From the NCBI GenBank assembly GCA_951406725.2, contig OX597814.1, positions 127,224,001 to 127,288,000 of the forward strand: DNA of 64,000 nt. Reading direction: 5' to 3'. The stretch's first letter is position 1, and each line of letters begins with the position of its first letter. Under the pieces are notes generated by a model that ran no database searches, was not told where the DNA came from, and saw only the letters and a list, made by a program, of their open reading frames with translations. This DNA comes from Octopus vulgaris. Taxonomy: Eukaryota. The translations under genes were made by a program, and so were the position numbers. Of the stretch, positions 27,300-40,306 are shown one piece after another.

Positions 27300-27740
27300 T
27301 TACAGATGGTTGAAAATGTACAGCAAAATGATGTTTGATAATTTAAAAAGTGCGCTAGCTGAAAATCCTGTTGTGAGGCTATTTCATGCCAACAAAGACA
27401 TCATGTTGACAACTGATGTTAGGGAGCAACCTATAATCAAGAATTTGATCACAAGATAATCCACCAGTGTTATATTTAACTGCTAAATCCATTTATTTAC
27501 ATATTGTGAAGAAAGATTTGCCAAGTGTGGATCACAAACTGTGCCAATCATGATAGTAAATTCCTGCTGAGATCTGATCAAAGATGTTTTGGTTTCATTT
27601 TTAACCAATGTAAAGAACTTTCAAGGGTTACATCATTGAGGATTTCAAGGTATGTCATTCAGATTATGACATTTGATTTTAGCATCACATACACCAGAGA
27701 AAACTTTTTTTCCCATTGATGTGTTCTGGTGGTTACACTT
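27300..27740 (+). mobile_element. Ty3/Gypsy pol (RT connection and RNase H) remnant
   Basis: FDNLKSALAENPVVRLFHANKDIMLTTDV and KFLLRSDQRCFGFIFNQCKELSRVTSLRISRYVIQIMTFDFSITY resemble Gypsy RNase H motifs (TDAS, TDH, RW..L..FD..I.Y). Confidence 0.75.
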
Positions 27741-28149
27741 TAGTTTATAACTAAAGGACCTTAGTACAGATAATGTTGTTGGTAAAAACTTGTATGTTGC
27801 ATTTTGATTGCCTAGCATAGGATACATGTGACCCAGTGCAGGGCAATATCACTTCTAAGAAGAAAATTAGCTGCCTTCCTTATAAAATGCCCTTATATCA
27901 TCTGCAATCAAATGGAATTGAAGAACAATTCCATTTGGTTCAAAGGGTTAATTTGGAATGAAACATGTTCTCTCCCTACAGCAATAAGTTTATTTTGACC
28001 TTGAGAACTGTTCACTTATTGTATGATTTCTTGTACTGATAGGTCAAAAAGTTTTCCTCCTTTGATGGGGATCAGATTTGTGCATCCTCGATCAAATCAT
28101 ATTCAGTAGATTTGTAGATATAGTCAGTGAAATTGCAGGAACGTTAATG

Positions 28150-28442
28150 GAGAAAATAGTTTTTGCATGTGGAAAATGTATAGATGTCCTAAAGTCTGGG
28201 ATCACACGAGAAACTGATTTTCTCAAATGCTCTTGAGGCTCCCTAGAGATAATAAATAGTTTCTGTTACCTAGGCAACCTAATTAGTAGTAGGAGGAGGA
28301 TGTTTTGGAAGTGTAGTCACAAGAATAAAAAGTACATAGAGTTATTATCTCTGTTGGCAACAAAAGGTCTCTCTCTCTTATTTAATGCTTGTGTACATAC
28401 ATCAATGCTATAGGGTAGTGAGGTGTGGACCCTGAATGCGGC
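28150..28442 (+). mobile_element. RTE-clade LINE RT C-terminal remnant
   Basis: SLEIINSFCYLGNLISS, ELLSLLATKGLS and LFNACVHTSML*GSEVWTL. Confidence 0.78.
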
Positions 28443-29627
28443 TAGTCATCTGTGCAGGTTGTTCAGCAAGAAATTGTGGAATTGTCTTTCTTGGATTTGA
28501 GATGGTCAGGGTGTTGCACTCATGAATGCAAAATCCTTAAGTAAAAACAACAAAAATACACAATGCTCTATTTATAGTTAGCACTATGATTCAGAAAGGA
28601 CCCTATACATATATTTAGTGTTGCATAAAGAAAACATCATCATCATCAGAGCAATGTAGTATAGATTCAAACTATCTCTAGTCAATATAATGATATAAAC
28701 AGTAACCTTTGTATAGTTAGTACTATGATATAGACAGTAAACTATGTATATTTTGAACTGATATCAACAGAATGCCTAGACATACAATATTGCGATATAC
28801 ACAACAACCTATGCATAGTTAGTACTATGACATAACAGTATTTATAGTTATAACTGTCATATAGACAACAACCTATGAGCTACAAATTGCTGCTTCCGGT
28901 CCAGATGCTTTATTGTCTACTTTAGTTGAAGGCTGGCAGTCAGCCATTTGTAATAAATACAAATGTTTATACTTGTGCTTCATTTACTGAAATTGAACAT
29001 TTTTAGCCAAATAAAACAATTGATTCTTGGCTCCTGTCTCTTGTTACAACAATTTATTTGGTTAAAACTTGGAAATAGAAAAATCTGAGAGGAAAAAATT
29101 TCTTTGCTCATATTGCTTTGACAGCATTTCATCTGATACAAATGCAAAATGGCAGCACTTGAAAACTACTTTCCTTAAATTTTCTTGATAAATTTCCAGA
29201 CAACTGAACAACAAAGACTCACTCTGCTTACTAACTTCATCTTATTCTCAATCTTTTATCCTGTTTAAGATTGTACTGAGCACAATAATGCAAAGGTTAT
29301 TCTCAATAGCACCTTCATTAAAAAACAGAATACCATTTATTGTAGATTCCAATTGCAGTCATGAAAACAACAATCAGTTAAAGATGTTGAATCTTATGTC
29401 ACAATTCTTTAGTTTAACCAGCCAGTATTAATTTTAGGCTGTAAATGCTGATATGTACCAAGAGGAAAGCATTTAATACATTAATTTATTTCAATATACT
29501 CTTCTGACAAAGACTTGTTAAGAACTTTTCACTTATGTTGTCCAAGCTTATTCCCTGAAAGATACTGAGAATGCAGAGCCTTACTAGTGAATTTCGTTTT
29601 TTCTTAATGACCTATCAAGAACTAAAG

Positions 29628-30003
29628 CAGTGGTTCTCAATGTTGGGCCTGAAACCCACTAGTGGGCCTGGGAAAATTTTGAGTGGACCTGAGAAAATTT
29701 TGAGAGGGCCTTGGGAATTTTCTGGATTGGAAACAAGATGCTTTTAGTATTCAATTTGTAGTCTTGACCAGTATAGCTGAAAAATTTTTTCCAAAAGTAA
29801 CAAATGTTTATTTAGAAACGTTACAAACACAACAAATAAAATTCCAAAATATAACAAATCTACGTGATAAATTCCAAAACACAAAATATTTATCGAAAAC
29901 ATAACAAATTTGTTACGAACATAACAACTTTGGCAACACTGGTTTAGAGGATTTTTTGATTTTGAAAAGTGGGCCCGAAGGTGAAAAAGGTTGAGAATCA
30001 CTG
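29628..30003. mobile_element. 376-bp hAT-type MITE with perfect 8-bp TSD
   Basis: TIRs CAGTGGTTCTCAA / TTGAGAATCACTG; AACTAAAG at 29620-29627 and 30004-30011. Confidence 0.92.
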
Positions 30004-30769
30004 AACTAAAGTACAAAATAGAATCAAGCAATAAGCATACTGCTGCCTTCAAGAACAAACCAACCTATAAACAATGGTACAAATTTTGTGTTGGCCCTAT
30101 CACAACTGCTTTATCTGTCAAGCAAAGAACAAAACATGCCATAATTGTTAAAAAAAAAAAAAAAAAAAAAAAAGGTATTTTTCAAAAACACCACTTAAAA
30201 ATACGACAATAAATATGTACAAGCAATCCAAGGACTGTGCTTAGACAATAACTTGTATAGTAACCCATGCATAGTTAGTACAGTGATACAGACACAAGCT
30301 ATCTTTGTGAGTACTGTGATAAACAACATCCTGTGTACATTTAGTAAAATAGCAACTTGGTTGTTATACTTTTATTCTCAGCTGAGTCTTTGTTGTCATA
30401 AGCTATAATGTACACCATCATGTCTATCTTTTAACATTAATGTTCTCACACAAGTTGGTGGAATAATTAATTTTTCATTACACAAGATACCAGCTTCAAC
30501 TGTTTAATTATTTTTTAATAACTTTAAATGATCTTTCAAGGACAAGCTAACTGCTTCAGTTATTAAAATTCTTTTTTAATATACCAGATAAAAAATTACT
30601 ATTATTTTAAAACATAAGTTTCTACAACATGGATTAAAGATTTGTCATGATCATGACAATAATGGTGATGTTCGCCCAAGCCAACTAATAAATTTGAACT
30701 GAGACAGTGCATTGACACAAACCATTTGAGATCCATTTACTTAAGATATTCATTCCATCCTCAAATGTT

Positions 30770-31845
30770 GTCATTTGTAAAAACCTATCTTTAAGAAAGT
30801 ACTGTTGTTACTTTTGGTAAACCATAATTTTTGCCCAAAATAAATTCTAGTGGCTCACAATCTAGGACTAATTTCAAATTTCAACCAAGCATAAAATGTT
30901 ACTCTTTGAGTAAATCATACAGACACCAAAGATTACCTTTCAATATTTGAATATCTTATTCCAGCATTAGCTAATGCTCTTTACAAATATAGAACAGGAT
31001 AGGTGTCTTTTGAAAATATTCCTATGTAGCCATTTTATCTGCACCAATTGTTAAGGTTATTTTTTTTGTGACATCATGAATCTGGACGAGTGACTTTGAT
31101 ACTAATATTAGCTTTATATGTTTAAATGCCTTTTGTTCTTAGATTTTCCTATTAAAAAATGGGCCACCATATTTACAGACATTATATTAAAGATGACATG
31201 CAGTTTCAATAAGGGTCAATATACTTTTCCCTTGAAATTAGCAATTCTATGAGAAAATTCTAACTACTTTTTGTCCTTTTGAAGTTGATATTGGAGTGGG
31301 GGTGGGGAGACAGCTTCATTAATCATCATCATCATGCATGACAATCCCAGCCTTTTATTTTATGATCCACTTTGATATGTAGATTTTCAACAATTTAAAA
31401 AAAAATTCATACATCATCTTGGTAAATGGTAACATTATCAATGCTATCTCCAGGAACATGTTCAACTGGCCCTTCTAATTCCATATAGAAGACATGTCCT
31501 AAAGACCCATTGCTTTAGAAATTTCCTTGCCTCTGAAAATATTTCTATCTGATATTGATATGCCCATTTCCAGTTAAATATTTCATGTCAAAAGGAGAAT
31601 AATATACTGATTTAATATTTAGAGTTGGTTAACAACCTGAATAATGTCTATACATATCTTGAGATCTCTATTGCATTAAAAGAAAGCCCATTAACTTCTA
31701 ATGGTAACCTCTTTTACAATATCTTCATTAATTAGTAACATCAGTTTTGCTATGACTAATAGATTAAAGTTTATTGGCAATGGTCCTGCCTCAAACTAAC
31801 ATGGCTCCCTATCTTCTTTGAGAAGAATGTTAGCTGTAAAAGCTC
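30770..31845 (-). mobile_element. Ty3/Gypsy pol remnant, RT plus RNase H (gag-like relics may extend to ~32620)
   Basis: Minus strand: FTANILLKEDREPC*FEAGPLPINF...WAS-like, MGL, VTIYQDDV (YQDD at 31424-31413), EQKAFKHIKLIL, YPVLYL*RALANAGIRYSNIER and EPLEFILGKNYGLPKVT. Confidence 0.8.
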
Positions 31846-32949
31846 TTAATCTCCCAAATTGTGCTGGAGATTCAGTTTCATCAATTAAATTGAGATATCA
31901 GTATTAATCACACCCATACCAAATAAGTCATATTTTTTAATAATTTTTAAATCAGCAAACATTCAAAACTTCTACTCTTATAATTTTACATTAATGCATC
32001 AAAGGTTCCCAAAATTTCAATAAGTGATCCTTTAGATTATTTTAGTTTGTGATCACACTTTCTTAATTTTGGTGTATTCAAATCTATCAGGAAATTCTGA
32101 GGTTAAATCAGTTAACATCCTGAATTTTACATTGATCATTGAAGTTTATTTTAGATCATTCTTTTGAATTTTCTCATAGCTTTGCATACTACTTTAAATG
32201 ACTCTTTTTATTCACGTACAATAGAAGTGCTACCAAATGCAAAGAATCTTTTTTTTTGTCTCATTTGAAATTAAGAAATATTACCATGCTGGTAAATGAA
32301 ATCAGTGCAAGCAATAAGCTTTGAATCAACTTTAAAGATATTCTAATATGATACAGCTGATTGCATGCCATTTATGAATTTCATTTAAAGCATATCATCT
32401 TCTGCATCCTGACTTTTACCTTCAATTTTATAAAATTTACAAAACAAGATGACTCAAAAAATCTTGGAATAACAATAGACAGATTTAGTTTGATGTTGAT
32501 GCTGTGATATGAATTTGACACTTTTAGCATTTATCAGTTTCTTCTGGGGCGAACTGACAGGACTGTATTGTAAGTGTCGAGGGTTTCATCATTTCCCAAA
32601 TTTTACAAATGGCCCAATACATACTTTAACAGAGCTTATCAAAATACAATTATAGTTATATGTAATCCATTACATTTGGAAGTTTTACCAAAGTAAATAG
32701 CCAAGCTATTACATCAATTAAGTATCCTACTTAAAAACACCAAATTACATGCAAGAACTCAAAACATGCAATAATATTAAAATACCAATTTACATTACAA
32801 TTACAATCAAGACATTATGTTTTTTTTTTGTATAGTTGTAACAATAATGTATAGTTTGTACTGTACTATATCGGTTACTGATATGTATAGTTAGTACTAC
32901 AATATGTACGGTATCATTTACATACATATGTATATATATATTGTGATAC

Positions 32950-33316
32950 CAGTGCCGGTGGCACGTTAAAGAACCATCCGAACATGTCCGTTGCCAGCGC
33001 TGCCCCGACTGGCCTCCGTGCCGGTGGCATGTAAAAAGCACCAACCGATCATGGCTGTTGCCAGCCTTGCCTGGCACATAAAAAGCACCAACCAATCGTG
33101 GCTGTTGCTAGCCTTGCCTGGCACTGTACCGGTGGCATGTAAAAAGCACCCACTACACTCACGGAGTGGTTGGCGTTAGGAAGGGCATCCAGCTATAGAA
33201 ACACTGCCAGATCAGACTGGGCCTGGTGCAGCCTCCTGGCTTCCCAGACCTCAGTCAAACCGTCCAACCCATGCTAGCATGGAAAGTGGACGTTAAACGA
33301 TGATGATGATGATGAT
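32950..33316 (+). mobile_element. SINE/RTE-type element family A with four internal repeat units
   Basis: Repeated gccggtggcaYgtaaaaagcacc units, then the family A core and (GAT)n tail running into (AT)n. Confidence 0.88.
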
Positions 33317-34076
33317 ATATATATATATATATATATATCGGAGGTGACACCAGGTCATTAGCATCACTCAGGCTCATCATAAATTTCGATTAAGACACAT
33401 GCCTGTTTGAAGAAGTTCATGTTTTTCTGCTTTATTTCTAGCTCCACATGGCTTATTTTTTATATCTAGCACTATGTCTTTCTCCATTTCTAAGTTAAAG
33501 GTTAAAATAAAACAACCCTGCAAAACACAACTGATCTTTACACACAGACGTACAGAATAACAGCAATCAAATAACAGCGGAGTGCACAACAAACAGCGAT
33601 CTGACTGTCACCTATACTCTTGACAAGAGATGCCAGTTAGTTTTTTTACACCTACTAGGCTCGTTTTGTATTAGTCTGAGTTGCTGGGTACATTTTTACT
33701 CCTTTAACAATATTCATAGATTGGAATTTAAATCCTAATCTCTATAGAAATTTATTGTTTCAAGAAAACATTGAATTTAAATTACTTTTAATTTTTGCAA
33801 TTATACATAACAACTCGGGCTGTAACATCTGTAAAAGATGTCGAGAGAACGTCTGCTACGAATAATATTTTTTGACACAGGGCACTTCTAAGACACTGCC
33901 AGATGCTGAATGAAAATAAATGAATTGCAACCAGACTCAATAAAAGGAGCCTGAGTTATTGGCTGCAATTGCATACTTTAAGTCAGTGTTGTTAGAAATT
34001 AAATCAGCTCGCAAACACACATTCACTTTACTAAATTTATACTTGGGCTAAGCCCGAACAGCCTGAATCGCCACTT

Positions 34077-34091
34077 ATATATATGTATATA

Positions 34092-34153
<62 letters not shown>
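34077..34153. repeat. Compound (GT)n(AT)n(AC)n microsatellite
   Basis: Seen directly; the GT and AC arms are mutually complementary. Confidence 0.9.
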
Positions 34154-34154
<1 letters not shown>

Positions 34155-35621
34155 GTAAATATATACACACATACACATAGACTAACTTAAGTACTGTTAA
34201 AACTCATATGGATAGTAACTTATCTATAGTTAAGTGCTGGGTTGTATATAACAACCTACATGTTATAGACAGTAATATAAGTATAGTTAGTACTGTTATA
34301 CGCAAAGATAATAACATATACATAGTTAGAATTGATATAGACAACTGATGCGTAATTAATCTGTTACAAAGCCAAAATTTACATTTAAACTGTTGCAAAC
34401 AAAAAATTATGTGTTCGTAAATTCAGTTCCTTTATTATTGTTTAAACCAGCAAATTCTGTATTACAACTGTGATAAAACACTTGACTCTACACCAAGAAC
34501 AGACTGACTGATCAAGCAATTCCTTAGATTATTTCATGAATAATCTAATTATGATATTTTAATAGAAAGTTTAGACTGATTTTTTTTCATCCTTCTGTAC
34601 TGACAAGCTTTACAAACAGTCAAATTACAGATGAGTAAGTTGTCTGCACACTACAGTCTAGACTAGATTGTTTCTAGTACACAGGATTGATATTATGACT
34701 ATATTATAAGTACAGACTGTATCATTGCTTGTGCTTACCAGATATCGCATAACCATTTTCAAGGTGATTACCAAGTCAAAAGCACACCATTTTCATTGGA
34801 AGAGATCCATGCATTATTTTTGGAATGTCTAATGTATGATTTTCTCTTTTGGATGTCATCCATTCCATGAAGAGTCTCATTAGTGGACAATACATATTAC
34901 TGTATATATACCAGTATTCACTAACTCTGCTTCAACTTTCGTCTTTCATAACAATTGCATACACTGATCGTAATGTTGTACACTCTGAGGGAAATGTGAC
35001 GTTAGTTTATAAATATAATTTTAATTGCTGCACCATAACTACACAACATATTACTAAATATGTAGAGGTAGCATAATGATAAAGACAGTAACTGATATAT
35101 TCAGCTAGTACTATGATATATACAGCCTATATATAGTTACTACTGTGATTTAGACAACAAACTATGTGTAGTTAATATGGTGATAAATACAGTAACCTAT
35201 GTATAATTAGTACTGCAAAATAGACAATATCTTATTAGGAGTGAAGTGATATAAGAAATGTCATTCTAGTGAGTAGAAATAGTGATATTTTTATAAAAGT
35301 AATTAATGCAAAAGGAGAAATCTTATGATAAAGGCATATGACAAAACAGAGTATGCCCTGCCTTGTCAGGCTGAAAAACTATTTACTGGCTGATTAATAT
35401 TACTACTTCATTTGACTTAAGTCAAACTAATATGTAGTAAGCAATACGTTGAAATAGTTCATGTCTGTAGAATGTCAACAGAATATGTTAATAAGTTAGC
35501 AAATATGTTAGTGGCTTGGATCACTCCATACCTGCCATGTGTTGTTTGGGTAACAGGAAGATAAAATTAATTTAGAATAGTCAACAACATTGAGATGATA
35601 TTAATTTTGATGGCTCTGTAA

Positions 35622-35842
35622 CCCTTTTGGTACTAACCCGGCTGACACCACCTCTGGCTCTGTAGTACAAATGTTTTGTTTACATAAGTTTTGAATTAAA
35701 TTCTTCCACCAAACTTTAGTCACAATTTATGTTTCTAACACTATTTAACAATAACTAAGTTACCTTACTAAATTCTTTGTTATATTTAAAAGTAATTAAA
35801 AGAAACACAGAGCATCTCAAAATAAATATGGTAACGAAAGGG
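35622..35842. mobile_element. piggyBac-like MITE, 221 bp
   Basis: Ends CCCTTTTGGTAC / GTAACGAAAGGG flanked by GTAA and TTAA. Confidence 0.75.
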
Positions 35843-36073
35843 TTAAACAGTTACAGTAACCAAGCAAGACATGAACACATGTAAACACAAGTTTAAAAAA
35901 AAACCCGAAAGAAACAATATTGACAAAATATTTGAATTGCAAAATTAGCTACAGTAACAAGCTTTTCACAACAGAAATAAAATTCAATCCATAATATGAT
36001 GAAACTGAAAGCATTATCATCATGACAATAATTTTCTGTTGGACATTGGAGATTTGATTAGTTAAGCACTTAC

Positions 36074-36234
36074 TATTTAGCAGAATCATTTAATTGATAT
36101 TCATTTGATCTTCCGAAACACTCTTGAACTCCTGTGTCTGCCCACAGTCGTTTCATAGCTTGTAATAGTTCATCTGAAAATGGTTCAGTATCTTCCATTC
36201 TACCTATGACATCTAAAACCATTTTGGCATCACA
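36074..36234 (-). CDS. GNAO1: G protein G(o) alpha subunit, exon 4 (161 nt; first coding exon found in the window)
   Basis: Minus strand ttttag|TGT GAT GCC AAA ATG ... GCT AAA TA|gtaagt. Translates [53 protein letters not shown](Y), the Go-type helical domain (DAKMV, MEDTEPF). Length and phase match the conserved Gi/o exon 4. Confidence 0.97.
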
Positions 36235-38599
36235 CTAAAATAGAAAGAAAATATAATTTTAAACAAAAATCAAGATTAAAGGAGGAAAAAAAACAAAGGA
36301 AAAATAGACAAAAATTTAGGTTGTTAATAAAATTCTTTGAAGTGAAACATCGAAAATGGAGCAATCTAATTTCAAAGACAAAGGAAGTTTTTATTTCAAA
36401 GTGCTGTTATTTTGTCTGAGATCAAAAGACATTTTAATAGCAGCTCAAACAATTTACAACTGTTGTCTGAAAAAAAGTAAGAAAACAAAAAATTAAGAAC
36501 TTAGCAACTTCAAATTTTGAAAGAAATCTTAATTTGCAATTGCTGTCTAATATATGAAAATATTTTAAAATTTAAACAATTCAAATGAAAAATAAATATT
36601 ATATTTTGAAAGAAAATCTAAGGATATATAGAAATAGTAAAAGTGAAATAGGACATAATCTTAGCTTTCAATGTGGCAGAAACGTTTTAATATACAGTGG
36701 ATATTTACAATTATAAGTTTAAATTACTGAAACAAAACAGCTAATTTCTGATCAACAAATGAAAAATGGTAATAAATACTAAAATATTTATGTATAATGA
36801 GGAGAAAAGTGAGATTTTGAAATATTACAGCAATAGAGTGGTTAAACAAATTAATATATTTATTGATTCAACTAATTAGGTGATATTTTCAGTCATATTT
36901 ACACTCATGGTGGTACAGTGTTTAGAGATTACTAAATCTGAAGAGAGATATTTTCATTTATTCAAAACATTTCTAAGTCTTACCAAAATTCCACTAAAAT
37001 AATAGAAGGAAAAACAAAACATAAAGACAAGGAACAATGCTTTACTAGATGCTAGAAGTGATATAAAAACCATTGATACAATAGTATAGGTTTTTGCTGA
37101 AGCATTTTGCTTGTCTTTTGTGAAGGAACTTTTGAGAATTTTCAATGCATATCTTAAAAGAATCACACACAAATAGACACAGACATATCAGACAGTGTAA
37201 GTTGTATGAACATAATGTAATAATGATGTTCAAAATAACTTTCATGAATCTTGGAATGTTCTTTCATATATTAAAACATCTGATCCATTTTATATTACAG
37301 ATGAGCTATATTAAAATGAGATATTCTATCTGGCCAACGTCATTACACAAGTAGCACGCTCTTGTCTTCCTTGTCAGTTTAATCTTTAACTAGAAATCCT
37401 ACAGCAATATGACAACGAGGCTAGAGGTGTTTTATGATGAATTTATAATTAACAACATTATTGGTTGTTTCTAGTTGCATTTACATAGCTTTGTCTCCAT
37501 TTTCTCTTGAATATCAGGGTATTTAGTGAGGGAATAGACAAGTTCCCTCTCCTACACAGAGTGAGTGAATAAGCAGCTGGGCTCCCACTGTTTGAAAATC
37601 TGATATTATCTAAAGGGAAAGATTCAATTCAGAAAGAACATAATAAAAAGAAAGACATTACTATCAAACTAAAGAGAAGTTAAATAAGTATGACTGCTTA
37701 TAAATGAGTATTTAACTGGATAATAGTCTTGTCATTATATTTATTCAGTTGATGAGCAGCAAACTGATAGCTGTCGACAAAGAAAAGATATCTAGTAATG
37801 GTGAACAGCTATGCATGAATAATAACAAAATGGAAGTATTCGAAGATTGAAAATGTTTCTTCAGTAGAAATTTTTACCTAAAAACATGGTACTAAACTGT
37901 ATTTTGAAAGACACCTAAGAAAATAACAACTGCATTATGTTAGAATTTAAGAACATAATATTTGATAATATAGAATGTTACATCCCATGTTCAAAAACTT
38001 TCAGTTACACATTCATGTAGCATAATTTGCCCCTAAATAGCTGAATTAAAGTTCTGTGTTCCTTGACTTTCAAAAATGTGACACTAAAGTACTGTTTTCA
38101 TTTTATTCTTAGTAAAACAAACTGAGATAAGCAGGTAACTAATGGTCAGTCAAGTAAACAGAGAAAAAATTAGGTGTTCTGTTCAAGCTTATATACATAG
38201 ATGTCTACATTTAAATACTGAACCAGGCCCCAAAAAGTTAGCATCAGCTACATAAAAGGGCCAGCAGAGTAGTTGGAAAGTATATTGTATTGTTATTTCA
38301 TTTGCAACATTATTATTATAGTTAATTCAGTTTATCTTAAAGTATTTTTATTATTGTTGTTGTTTAGCCACTAATCAACCTTCAATGAATAGACCTATAA
38401 TCAATCAATAGTATTCTATCCACGATCACCATATTTAATCTGTCCTTATTTAAAAAAAAAGCAAGGTGTTATTTGAGAGAAATTTGACTGCTTTTTTAAA
38501 GAGCTCAAGTGACCATGCAGAAGCTCTCTAGGTGGTCTACAGTATATTTATTATTTACTGAGAGAAAGGAGAGCTGCTTTGGTTTTTGCAACCTCTCTA

Positions 38600-39900
38600 A
38601 AACTGGTGTGGTTGATGCTTAACTAGAACTGTTTTAGTTGGTTGAGGTGGGAAAAATATGGAAAGGGAGGGTGTTCCAGATGGGTGCAAGAAGGATTGGG
38701 AAGTGTTTTGCGCAGAGATGACCTATTAGAGATCATCAAAGGAAGAGAGGCAGGTTCACCAAGTAGGTTTAAGTATATATGGTATGTAGCATGTTACTTC
38801 TGTTGAGCCAAAGCTATTAGAGTAGTAGCAGAAAAGGCAAAAACATGGTTTTATTTTGGATGTAGCTCATGGTGTCTCAGAAGAAAGTTACACAACTGGG
38901 ACTGGGTTTTTGCAATATCGTATATGTGTACATTGTGATGTTTGAAGTATGACTAAAGAAATAAGATCTCCAATAGACCTAAATCTAAATCTCAGACAAG
39001 GTCTACACAAACTGTAAAGGCAGTCATTGAAGAAAAAATAGACTGAAGGTGATGAGGTAGGGCAAACTGTTAAGGTTCCACAAGTTTAAGTTAGACCCTA
39101 CTGAAAGGGAAAAATTGATTAGCTTGGTAAGAATAAGAGCATAGGAGCACACTATTTGAGGAGATTGAAAGAAAGATCTTTTTCGGACAGTAGGATGTGA
39201 TTTGAGATTTTTGCTGGTATTTCTTGCAGGTCAAACCATCACATAAATGCTCTATTTACGGTGGCTCTAGAGGAGCTGTGAATGAGACATATATGTGCAT
39301 GCAAAGTGGCCTTTGATTGTTAATGGGCAGCAGAAACAATGGATATAAATAATAGGACAATTATGTACAGGGTCCTCTTTTGTGCTAAGCTAGAAGATTA
39401 CAATTTTGGAATGAGGCTGGGTGATACACAAAGGTTTTCTTTGATTATCTTAAGGTGATCTCGTATGTGTGGTAGGAGGGTGACTTTCTGTGGGAGTTAT
39501 ATTGATATTTTTTAAAGTATAGCAACAGTACAGTTGTGAGTGAACTACTTGGCAGTTTGGGGATTATAAACATTTGTTGCATGAAAGATGTAGAGAGACA
39601 AACTTTGGAGTAGTGTAGCAGTTATCTGGTTACTGTCTTTGAGAAGATAGAGGTGAAACATTTTTTGCTAAGGTGGTCAGTCATTCTAGTTGGCAGTCGT
39701 CAGATAATTAGTACCCAAGTTATGTAGCATGTGGAACACAGATAGAATATTTATTGCTCAGAGCTAAGCAACACAATTCAAATTTTTTAACGCAGTTCTG
39801 ATTATAGGAAAGGTCTGATAGAACTGAAGATATGTAGAGCCGATGCTCTGTTATAAAAATTGAAAAGATGGTGAAGGAAATCAATTTTCCCTTAAGATGA
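38600..39900 (-). mobile_element. Heavily decayed LINE remnant (probably CR1/L2/Jockey group)
   Basis: Minus-strand FCLFCYYSNSFGSTEV near 38800 parallels LFWYYNG (53850) and SSCLLNHYYYNLYSSE (56770), a recurring LINE C-terminal motif. Boundaries are approximate. Confidence 0.4.
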
Positions 39901-40306
39901 GGAACATTTTAATTTAACTATTATTAAATCTTATTTGCATGATACTCATTGCAGTGGTTGGAAGAATATGAAGATGATTAACGAAAGTCTTCAAGAAGGG
40001 TCAGAGTGGAGAAGTCAGGGAATAAGAAAGTTATTTCTAAAATGAATAAAACTGCAATGAAAATAGTTTCAAATGATTCAGAAAGGAGATAAAGCTGTCA
40101 AAGAAGTAAAAGGTTTACAAATAACAACAACAATAATATTATTTACTTCAAATTTTTTCAATAGTCATGGACTGTGATATATAAATATTTCTATGTAAAA
40201 CCCCTTTAATGGTGCTTAGTGAAGAAATAGTGATTTGGACTAACTTGAAAACAGACTACAATCTTGGTTTTTATAACACCATGTCTAATTAGTTAGTTTT
40301 CTCATA

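Larger units (their letters stand above)
23920..35230 (+). repeat. Dispersed islands of a degenerate ~35-bp tandem repeat
   Basis: Consensus approximately AGACAGTAACCTATGTATAGTTAGTACTATGATAT at ~23920-24360, 25150-25400, 28560-28877, 30240-30345, 32830-32950, 34180-34350 and 35040-35230, all in the same orientation. Confidence 0.75.

Noticed and set aside
34524-34548. Minus-strand ag|ATTATTCATGAA (IIHE), resembling the start of G-alpha exon 3
   Set aside because: It hits a stop after IIHEII, lies downstream of exon 4 in transcript order, and is part of a short AT-rich palindrome.
23920-35230. 35-bp repeats (and the 22-bp and 32-bp arrays) as CRISPR arrays
   Set aside because: Units are head to tail without unique spacers, are degenerate, have no cas genes nearby and lie in eukaryotic intronic or intergenic DNA.
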